Sequence record: PV231353.1
DNA: 64,000 bases
Reading direction: 5' to 3' (one strand)
The notes under the pieces were generated by a model. The model saw nothing but the letters and a program-made list of their open reading frames with translations, ran no database searches and was not told where the DNA came from. Below are positions 8,615 to 14,811 of the stretch, in pieces. Position 1 is the stretch's first letter. The number at the start of each line of letters is the position of its first letter. Both the position numbers and the translations under genes were made by a program.

Positions 8615-8685
8615 GGGGTATGCGCAGGGCGCAGGCATCCTTTGCAAGGAAGTCGGGGTGGGTTCGAGTCCCACATACTCCACCA
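8615..8685 (+). tRNA. tRNA-Ala(TGC), minimal D arm
   Basis: GGGGTAT/ATACTCC with the G3:U70 Ala determinant; TCC-TTTGCAA-GGA; CCA. Confidence 0.8.
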
Positions 8686-8689
8686 ACAC

Positions 8690-8778
8690 GGTAGGTTGGC
8701 TGAGAGGCCGAAGGCGCCCGTTTCGAAAACGGGAGAACCGCAAGGTTCCGTGGGTTCGAGATCCCACACCTACCTCCA
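8690..8778 (+). tRNA. tRNA-Ser(CGA)
   Basis: CCCGT-TTCGAAA-ACGGG; long V arm; T-loop reads TTCGAGAT (one extra G). Confidence 0.92.
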
Positions 8779-8782
8779 ACAT

Positions 8783-8871
8783 GGATGTATGGCTGAGAGG
8801 CCGAAGGCGCCCGCTTGGAAAGCGGGTGAACCGCAAGGTTCCGTAGGTTCGAGATCCTACTGCATCCGCCA
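8783..8871 (+). tRNA. tRNA-Ser(GGA)
   Basis: CCCGC-TTGGAAA-GCGGG; long V arm; T-loop TTCGAGAT (one extra G). Confidence 0.92.
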
Positions 8872-8875
8872 ACAT

Positions 8876-8962
8876 GGTAGGTGGTTCCGGCCTGGGGCCG
8901 GACCCGGTTGCTAACCGGCCGGAGCCGCAAGGCTTGGGGTTCGATTCCTCCTCCTACCGCCA
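8876..8962 (+). tRNA. tRNA-Ser(GCT)
   Basis: CCGG-TTGCTAA-CCGG; V arm AGCC-GCAA-GGCT; GCCA end. Confidence 0.88.
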
Positions 8963-9237
8963 CTTCGATGTTGACACCCGCGACGCGGCCTGTCATACGT
9001 CACGACAGAGCGAACACCCCCGGCCGGGTTTGTTGTCATACCGGGTCGTCACGCCCCGTCGGGGCTCTAGTAGCTCTTCGTGTGGAGTTTTCCGCCTCCC
9101 TCCCAGACAAGGAGGCGGACCCAACCAACATCGCGATCTCCCGTGATCGTCGGCGACGGGCGCCGTCAGAGACCTTTGCCTGCGCGGCTCCGCTGCGGCC
9201 CTGGTCTCGTCCCGACCAAATTTTTTCGTCGTGGTGC

Positions 9238-9266
9238 TTGACACTGCGAAACTGTTCTGCTAGGGT
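9238..9266 (+). promoter_or_regulatory. Sigma70-type promoter
   Basis: TTGACA-N15-GCTAGGG. Confidence 0.7.
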
Positions 9267-9273
9267 TCACGTC

Positions 9274-9372
9274 ATGAGCAAGACCTATCGTCAATTTGTG
9301 CGCCAGATTCAGGTCGTCCGGAATATCCGGGCGGGCCGCTCGCGCATGGCTGACGAAGGGTTCAGGGACTAG
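9274..9372 (+). CDS. Micro-ORF MSKTYRQFVRQIQVVRNIRAGRSRMADEGFRD (possible leader peptide)
   Basis: Begins ~8 nt after the -10 box and precedes a terminator. Confidence 0.45.
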   Translation: MSKTYRQFVRQIQVVRNIRAGRSRMADEGFRD

Positions 9373-9402
9373 GTCCCACACCACGTTCAACCAGCTTTCG
9401 AG

Positions 9403-9434
9403 AGGCCCGCCTGGAAACCCCAGGCGGGCCTTTT
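9403..9434 (+). terminator. Intrinsic terminator upstream of tRNA-Tyr
   Basis: AGGCCCGCCTGG-AAAC-CCAGGCGGGCCT-TTT. Confidence 0.85.
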
Positions 9435-9475
9435 CGCATTTCAGCTTCAGATCACGGAGATCGCCAAACAGACAC

Positions 9476-9560
9476 GGATGCTTAAAGCTGGAGGGCTCCA
9501 GCCGGGGACTGTAAATCCCCTCTCTTCGGAGGAGTGGTTCGATCCCACAAGCATCCACCA
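9476..9560 (+). tRNA. tRNA-Tyr(GTA)
   Basis: GGGGA-CTGTAAA-TCCCC; V arm; CCA. Confidence 0.88.
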
Positions 9561-9565
9561 ACCAC

Positions 9566-9641
9566 GGACTCGTAGCTCAGCAGGTAGAGCGCCGGCTTGA
9601 AACCCCGGAGGTCGGAGGTTCGACTCCTCCCGTTTCCACCA
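9566..9641 (+). tRNA. tRNA-Phe(GAA)
   Basis: CCGG(c)-TTGAAAC-(c)CCGG; two acceptor-stem mismatches; CCA. Confidence 0.88.
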
Positions 9642-9646
9642 ACAAC

Positions 9647-9722
9647 GCCCGATGAGCCAGATGGGAAGGCGCCGCCGTGACATGGCGGGATTGAGAAGGT
9701 TCGATTCCTTCATCAGGCACCA
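9647..9722 (+). tRNA. tRNA-Val(GAC)
   Basis: CCGCC-GTGACAT-GGCGG; CCA. Confidence 0.88.
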
Positions 9723-9724
9723 AT

Positions 9725-9800
9725 GCAAGTGTAGCTCAGTTGGTAGAGCAGCGGACCGATAATCCGCCTGTCCCTGGTTCGAGTCCAGGCATTTGCACCA
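9725..9800 (+). tRNA. tRNA-Ile(GAT)
   Basis: GCGGA-CCGATAA-TCCGC (C33); CCA. Confidence 0.92.
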
Positions 9801-9807
9801 ATTCTGA

Positions 9808-9882
9808 TGTGGCATAGCTCAGGGGTAGAGCGCGCGCTTGATAAGCGTGAGGTCGGGGGTTCGAAGCCCTCTGCCACTACCA
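9808..9882 (+). tRNA. tRNA-Ile(GAT), second copy
   Basis: CGCGC-TTGATAA-GCGTG; CCA. Confidence 0.92.
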
Positions 9883-9915
9883 GTTTCCAGGCCGGCGGAG
9901 ATGCGCCGAACCTGA

Positions 9916-9991
9916 TGGCGTTTAGCATAGTGGGAGTGCAGGGGTGTCACATACCTCGATCGAACTGGTTCGATTCCAGTAACGCCAACCA
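9916..9991 (+). tRNA. tRNA-Val(CAC)
   Basis: GGGGT-GTCACAT-ACCTC; acceptor TGGCGTT/AACGCCA; CCA. Confidence 0.88.
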
Positions 9992-9996
9992 AACGT

Positions 9997-10070
9997 TGAG
10001 GGTTCGTCTAACGGTAGGACGGCTGGGTCTGGTCCAGCTAATCTAGGTTCGAGTCCTAGCCCCTCATCCA
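9997..10070 (+). tRNA. tRNA-Gln(CTG)
   Basis: GCTGG-GTCTGGT-CCAGC; CCA. Confidence 0.9.
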
Positions 10071-10078
10071 AATACTGT

Positions 10079-10154
10079 TCAGGGTTAGTTTAGCTGGTAA
10101 AACACTGGGTTTTGGCCCCGGCGTCGCTAGGTTCGAAGCCTGCACCCTGATCCA
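10079..10154 (+). tRNA. tRNA-Gln(TTG)
   Basis: CTGGG-TTTTGGC-CCCGG; bulged T stem; CCA. Confidence 0.88.
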
Positions 10155-10165
10155 TTTGAGTTTAT

Positions 10166-10240
10166 TCCAGTCAATGCACAAGGTGTGCAGCGGCACTGTT
10201 AATGCCTGTGAGCCCGGTTCGATTCCGGGGTCTGGAGCCA
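10166..10240 (+). tRNA. tRNA-Asn(GTT)
   Basis: GGCA-CTGTTAA-TGCC; GCCA end. Confidence 0.9.
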
Positions 10241-10266
10241 ACACGCCGGCCTCGGCCGGCACATGC

Positions 10267-10350
10267 GCCCTGGTAACCGAGGGGGATTACGAGATCCCTT
10301 AGTCGTAGCAGGAGTTGAAAAGGGTGGTTCAAATCCACTCCAGGGTGCCA
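10267..10350 (+). tRNA. Non-canonical tRNA-Arg(ACG)-like
   Basis: Acceptor GCCCTGG/CCAGGGT-G-CCA; T arm GGTGG-TTCAAAT-CCACT; anticodon arm becomes GGGA-TTACGAA-TCCC if the G at 10293 is removed; D arm nearly absent; long V region. Confidence 0.55.
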
Positions 10351-10357
10351 AATTCAT

Positions 10358-10440
10358 AGCGCGCAGGCCGAGCAGGATTATCGTCAGGCGTCGCCCTCCG
10401 AAGGCGAAGAGGCCCGGTTCGAGTCCGGGGCGCGCTGCCA
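10358..10440 (+). tRNA. tRNA-Arg(CCG), enlarged D region
   Basis: TCGCC-CTCCGAA-GGCGA; acceptor AGCGCGC/GCGCGCT; GCCA. Confidence 0.85.
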
Positions 10441-10443
10441 TTC

Positions 10444-10522
10444 GCGCAGGTAGCTCAACGGACCCAGAGCGGCCGTCTTCTACACGGAAGGTTGGGGGTT
10501 CGAGATCCCTCCCTGCGCGCCA
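10444..10522 (+). tRNA. tRNA-Arg(TCT)
   Basis: CCGT-CTTCTAC-ACGG; T-loop TTCGAGAT (one extra G); GCCA. Confidence 0.9.
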
Positions 10523-10857
10523 AGCTTGACGAGCGATGCCGAATCGCTCAGCTTCCCGATTGGCTCTCGATGGGCCGCCACTGCACGCCGCCGGCGCCCT
10601 CCCGGTACAAGGAGGGGCGCACGTCGGCGACGTTCCAACCCAGTTCCGGACGATCTTCGAACGCGGCCTGCCGTGGAGGGGTGCTGGAAGGGCCGGGGTT
10701 GTGGAAACCGTCGAGCATCTCCTACATCCGGATCGGGCCTCCTGGGGGCTCCTCCGGTCAACCAGGGCCTGACCCGACCCCGGAGATGCGCCGTCTACGA
10801 TCACCCAGGACCGTCCTGGCGGTGGAAAGGGTCTGAAATTTTTCTGGCGCTGATGTG

Positions 10858-10886
10858 TTGACACTCCTCGGAGGCTCGGCTAAAAC
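10858..10886 (+). promoter_or_regulatory. Consensus Caulobacter-type sigma70 promoter
   Basis: TTGACA-N15-GCTAAAAC. Confidence 0.8.
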
Positions 10887-10891
10887 CAGCA

Positions 10892-10989
10892 GCGTCAGAG
10901 CGGCGTTGGACCACGAGGTCCGCCGCGAGCTTCTGCGTTGTCGTCAGGAACGGCCCGCCAGCAATCCCGCTGGCGGGTCGTTTCGTTTT
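10892..10989 (+). ncRNA. Candidate ~100-nt small RNA
   Basis: Lies between the promoter at 10858 and the terminator at 10949-10989; no ORF with a start codon fits inside. Confidence 0.5.
10949..10989 (+). terminator. Intrinsic terminator
   Basis: AACGGCCCGCCAGC-AATCCC-GCTGGCGGGTCGTT-TCGTTTT. Confidence 0.8.
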
Positions 10990-11025
10990 GGGCGCAATGC
11001 GACGTTCAGTCCAACCATGGGTAGT

Positions 11026-11040
11026 GTCATGAATCTTGAC
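11026..11040 (+). promoter_or_regulatory. GANTC/-35 motif copy (GTCATGAATCTTGAC)
   Basis: Upstream of the 11110 ORF. Confidence 0.7.
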
Positions 11041-11109
11041 TTTCGGCGCTTATTCCGGTAGCTTTCCCGACATCAGCAAACGCTCACAAGTCGGGGACCG
11101 AGAGCCGTC

Positions 11110-11526
11110 ATGTCGCAAGACCACAACGGCTCGTCCTCGGGCCAAGAACGCATCTACCAGAAACTGGATGAGCTTGGCTCCATGCACGCGCGCACCCGTG
11201 AAGATATTGCCCGCATCCAGGAGATGATGCGAGCGGTCGGTTCGTCGCAGGAGCGGATCGAAAAGCGCCAGGACCATTTCGAGCGCGAAATCTGGCGTGA
11301 GATGGAAGATCGCGCCGCGCGCACGAGCGCCCAACTCGACGAGATCAAGAGCCACACCAACCTGCGCATCGAGGAGATCGAGGCCAAGGTCGACACGATC
11401 CGCGAGGAACGGATCGCCGAGAAGGCCCAGTGGCGCGGCCCCGAGAAGGCCATCGCCGCCCTGGTCGCCGTCGCCGGGGCCATCGCCGCCTTCGCCACGA
11501 TCCTCACTTTCCTGAAGGGACACTAG
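11110..11526 (+). CDS. Coiled-coil protein with a C-terminal TM helix (XhlA/holin-like architecture)
   Basis: Charged heptad region followed by AIAALVAVAGAIAAFATILTFL. Confidence 0.8.
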   Translation: MSQDHNGSSSGQERIYQKLDELGSMHARTREDIARIQEMMRAVGSSQERIEKRQDHFEREIWREMEDRAARTSAQLDEIKSHTNLRIEEIEAKVDTIREERIAEKAQWRGPEKAIAALVAVAGAIAAFATILTFLKGH

Positions 11527-11633
11527 GACTTATAGTCAAGCTTGGGTGCCTGCGGCCAGAAGTCGCGCTTCTTGACACCCGATCTGGGCCGGCATAACCA
11601 TAGGGCCATCGTTCCTGGGTGGAGTTTTCCCTA

Positions 11634-11840
11634 ATGGCTGTCGCGCTTACTGTCGTCTCGGTTGAGACCGAATCTACCATCCAAGGTGTTGACCCCGACG
11701 CGGCGCATGTCCGCCTGATCGAGGTCCTGCATACCGCCGCAGAAGCGGGTCTTGGGGAAATGACGTTGGAAGTCAAAGCGGAGATCGCGGCGCTGCTCCA
11801 GCAGGCGTCCGTGGAACTCTCCCACTGCCGGCCGGTGTAG
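11634..11840 (+). CDS. Hypothetical protein
   Basis: GGAG SD 9 nt before ATG 11634; upstream TTGACA at 11572. Confidence 0.7.
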   Translation: MAVALTVVSVETESTIQGVDPDAAHVRLIEVLHTAAEAGLGEMTLEVKAEIAALLQQASVELSHCRPV

Positions 11841-11874
11841 GGGTCCCGTAAATCGCCATCCCAGAGGGAGCGAC

Positions 11875-12741
11875 GTGTCCGAGTCTGCTGAGTTCAACCC
11901 GCTCGACCAAAATCAGTTCCCTCCTCGCCTCACCAAGGCTGCTGCGCGACAGGCGCGGCGCCAGGAGCGCAGCCAGAAAAAGGACCCCACGGCCAACAAG
12001 CCGAACTACAAGGCGCTCGAAGCCAAGACCGAACGCCAACGGCGCTATATCCAGGCCCTCAAGGCGGGTGAAAGCGTCATCGCCATTGGTGGGGCCGGCA
12101 CGGGGAAGACCTACATCCCGTCCCGGCTCTTCGCCAAGAAGCTGATCGAGGCGAAGATCGAACGCCTGATCATCGCCCGCGTCACCGCCTCGCGTCCCAA
12201 GCACGCCCTGGGCTTCCTGCCCGGCAAGCTGGAAGCCAAGCTCGCCCCGTGGCTCGTCCCGGTCATCGAGGGCGTCAAGGCTGAGATGAACGCCCAGACC
12301 TACACGCAGTTGCAGGAAGCCGGCAAGATCGAGTTCGCCTCGTTCGAGCACATGCGCGGCCGGACCTTCGCCGAGTGCTGCGTCCTCCTCGACGAGGCGC
12401 AGAACGCCGACTACAAGGACCTGAAGATGGTCCTGACCCGCTGGGGCGAGAACGCCCAATACGCGGTCACCGGCGACATCGACCAGATCGACGTCGACGA
12501 CTCGGGCCTGGAGACGGTCGTCGACATCGTCGAGACCCACGACATCCCGATCCACGTGATCGAGTTCACCGACGAGGACGTCGTCCGCTCGCCCATGGCC
12601 AAGGCCTGGGTCAAGGCGTTCTCCGCCCATGAGGGCAAGGACGAGCGGGCGCGGCGCTTCCACCGCCCCACTGTCAGGAATCTTGACGTCCTGCCGGCTT
12701 TTATCGATAATGGCCGAGTCACGAAACCCGTGGCGTCGTGA
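11875..12741 (+). CDS. phoH: PhoH-like ATPase
   Basis: GGAGTGKT Walker A, LGFLPG, MRGRTF, LLDEAQN, GDIDQID, DVVRSP motifs. Confidence 0.97.
   Translation: MSESAEFNPLDQNQFPPRLTKAAARQARRQERSQKKDPTANKPNYKALEAKTERQRRYIQALKAGESVIAIGGAGTGKTYIPSRLFAKKLIEAKIERLIIARVTASRPKHALGFLPGKLEAKLAPWLVPVIEGVKAEMNAQTYTQLQEAGKIEFASFEHMRGRTFAECCVLLDEAQNADYKDLKMVLTRWGENAQYAVTGDIDQIDVDDSGLETVVDIVETHDIPIHVIEFTDEDVVRSPMAKAWVKAFSAHEGKDERARRFHRPTVRNLDVLPAFIDNGRVTKPVAS
12673..12687 (+). promoter_or_regulatory. GANTC/-35 motif copy (GTCAGGAATCTTGAC) inside the phoH 3' end
   Basis: 72 nt upstream of the 12759 ATG. Confidence 0.6.
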
Positions 12742-12758
12742 CAAAGACGTAGCGCACC

Positions 12759-13280
12759 ATGGCCTTCACCTTCGTTGTTGAGACTGGCGCCGGCGACCCG
12801 GCCGCGAACTCGTACTGCGACGTGCAGTTCGCGGACGACTACATCTACGCCAATGTCTACGCCAACACCGCCTGGGATGCGCTGGATCAGGACGGCAAGG
12901 AACGCTTCCTGGTCCGGGCGTCCAAGTACCTCGACCGCACGATCGCCTGGGCCGGGGAGAAGGTCGACGAGGATTCCGGCCTGCGCTGGCCGCGCGCCGG
13001 GGTCTATGACATCGACGGCTTCCTGATCCCCAGCGATGCGATCCCCCAGCAACTCATGGAGGCCACCGCCGAGATGGCGGCGGCCCTCATGAACAACGAC
13101 TGGACCTCGCCGCAGACCACGCGCGGCATGAAGGAAATCCAGGTCGACGTCATCGAACTGAAGTTCGACAGCGAAATCCAGCGCGGCTCCATGCCCGACA
13201 TCGTCATGTCGATCCTCGAAGGTCTGGGGGTCGTCAAGACCGGCACCCGCCCGGCCTTCAAGAAGATCATTCGCCACTAA
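12759..13280 (+). CDS. Head-tail adaptor (DnaT-like domain type)
   Basis: FVVETGAG..ANSY, L.WPR.GV, IP.Q..EAT.E.A motifs; position before the neck genes. Confidence 0.75.
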   Translation: MAFTFVVETGAGDPAANSYCDVQFADDYIYANVYANTAWDALDQDGKERFLVRASKYLDRTIAWAGEKVDEDSGLRWPRAGVYDIDGFLIPSDAIPQQLMEATAEMAAALMNNDWTSPQTTRGMKEIQVDVIELKFDSEIQRGSMPDIVMSILEGLGVVKTGTRPAFKKIIRH

Positions 13281-13672
13281 TGGCCCTCGAAGCCTTCATC
13301 CGTTCCCAGGTCGTCATCGCCTTCAACCAGCTTGACGACATCGCCAAGCGCTGGACCTACGTCCAACGCTCGGGCGATCCGGTGCGTGATGTCGAGAGCG
13401 GCGTGACCACCTATCCTTCGACCGAGATCGTCATTCCCAAGGCGGTCAAGGTGCGGTTCAAGAAGGACGAGAAGGACGCCCACGGCCAGACCCTGGTGGG
13501 CGAGAAGGTCCTGTTCCCCCGTGTCTTCCTGCCGGGCGACTTCGAGACCGCGACCTCCGACTACCTCGTCGACCAGAACGGCATCATCTGGGAGATCATG
13601 AGCGACCTGGGCGACCCGGCCTCGGCGCTGGCGATGTTCCAGGTCCGCAGCACGCGGAAGAAGACCCCGTGA
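13280..13672 (+). CDS. Putative head-closure protein
   Basis: TAATG overlap with the previous gene; synteny. Confidence 0.7.
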   Translation: MALEAFIRSQVVIAFNQLDDIAKRWTYVQRSGDPVRDVESGVTTYPSTEIVIPKAVKVRFKKDEKDAHGQTLVGEKVLFPRVFLPGDFETATSDYLVDQNGIIWEIMSDLGDPASALAMFQVRSTRKKTP

Positions 13673-14143
13673 AGTCGGGCGGAGCCAAGCTCAGCTTCTA
13701 CACCGACGGGAACCTGGAGGCGGCGTTCAAGCGCTTCTTCGCCACCGCCGAGAAGCGCTATGACGAGCGGGCCGATCGCCTGCTGATCAAGCTGAACGAA
13801 CTGATCCTGGCCCGCACCCCGGTGTGGGAAGGCGACACCATCCACAACTGGCGCTGGTCGACGCGCGCCCCGGACATGCGCCACGAGGCCCCGCTCGACA
13901 ACGGCGATCCGGGCCGCACGAGCGAGATGGACCTGGGCCAGGAGCCGCGCCGTCGCGTCAACGAGACGCGCCCCCGCCAGTCGCTGGCCGGCGCCCTGCG
14001 CGCCAAGGAGCCGATCGACATCTATCTGACCAACACCGCCGAGAGCGCGGTCGATCTCGAATACGGTCTGCTCCCGACCAGGGCGCAGAGCCGAAACAAG
14101 ATGGGGATGGTCCGAGATCTCGATTAAAGAGGTGTTCGGATGA
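13669..14143 (+). CDS. Putative neck/tail-completion protein (HK97 gp10-like); 3' end shifted by an extra G at 14116
   Basis: TPV..G....NW and LEYG motifs. Track stop is 14127; without G14116 it reads ...GMVRISIKEVFG* ending at 14143 with an ATGA overlap. Confidence 0.75.
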
Positions 14144-14214
14144 TCCCCGCCTTCATCATCCTGCCTCGCGTCTATCTCGCCGCGTGGCTGTCGTTCTGGC
14201 TGGGAGAGGACTGA
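14140..14214 (+). CDS. 24-aa hydrophobic micro-ORF MIPAFIILPRVYLAAWLSFWLGED
   Basis: ATGA and TGATG overlaps on both sides; also carries the GGAG SD for the next gene. Confidence 0.45.
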   Translation: MIPAFIILPRVYLAAWLSFWLGED

Positions 14215-14669
14215 TGCTCGAACACGACATGCTCCGGCAAGTCCTGGAGCAGCAGGCCGTCGCCGCCGCCCCGACGATCGGGCTGAAGCTGAACTTCGAC
14301 AACTCCGAATTCGTCCAGCCCAAGGACGGCGCGCACTGGGCCGAGTTCTGGGTCCAGACGGGCAACACCGTGCCCTGCGAGGTCGCTGGCCCGCGCGGCT
14401 ACGAAAAGACCTCGGGTCTGATCCAGTTCACGCTCAAGGCCCCCGAGGAAGAAGGCAACGGCGCGATCCTCAAGAAGGCCGGCGCGCTCAAGAAGGTCTT
14501 CAACCGCCGCCAATGGGTCGTGCCGCCGGACGGCTATGTCACCCTCGACCCGATCTCGGTCCAGTCGCACGGCAAGCCGATCGACGGCTTCTATAATGTC
14601 GTGGTCTGGGCGACCCTCTGGTTCTACCACCGCGATCCCGACGCCGACGATCGCTGGATTCGCGGTTGA
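14214..14669 (+). CDS. Tail terminator protein
   Basis: ATG 14214 in track ORF 13824..14669; DNSEF.QP.DG..WA, G..QF....P...G motifs; directly precedes the major tail gene. Confidence 0.8.
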   Translation: MLEHDMLRQVLEQQAVAAAPTIGLKLNFDNSEFVQPKDGAHWAEFWVQTGNTVPCEVAGPRGYEKTSGLIQFTLKAPEEEGNGAILKKAGALKKVFNRRQWVVPPDGYVTLDPISVQSHGKPIDGFYNVVVWATLWFYHRDPDADDRWIRG

Positions 14670-14692
14670 CCGCGTCTTTCACGCCGGCTAAG

Positions 14693-14707
14693 GTCGTGAA
14701 TCTTGAC
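14693..14707 (+). promoter_or_regulatory. GTCGTGAATCTTGAC motif, major tail promoter
   Basis: Perfect copy. Confidence 0.8.
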
Positions 14708-14811
14708 ATTTCCCAAAGTCTAGGGTAGGGTCACCACACTTGCGATGCAGGGCCGGGTCGGCACGCTCGCTGACCCCTTTTGTCACAAAACCGTGGATTG
14801 GTGACCTGCCC

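Noticed and set aside
8751-10510. 8-nt T-loops (TTCGAGAT) as a new tRNA class
   Set aside because: The same CGAATC-to-CGAGATC change also frameshifts protein genes, so an artefact is more parsimonious.
6071-10529. Many short ORFs across the tRNA array
   Set aside because: They overlap clear tRNA cloverleafs.
10525-10850. ORFs 10536..10772 and 10492..10836, or a further RNA gene
   Set aside because: No SD, motif or cloverleaf that I can support; left unassigned.
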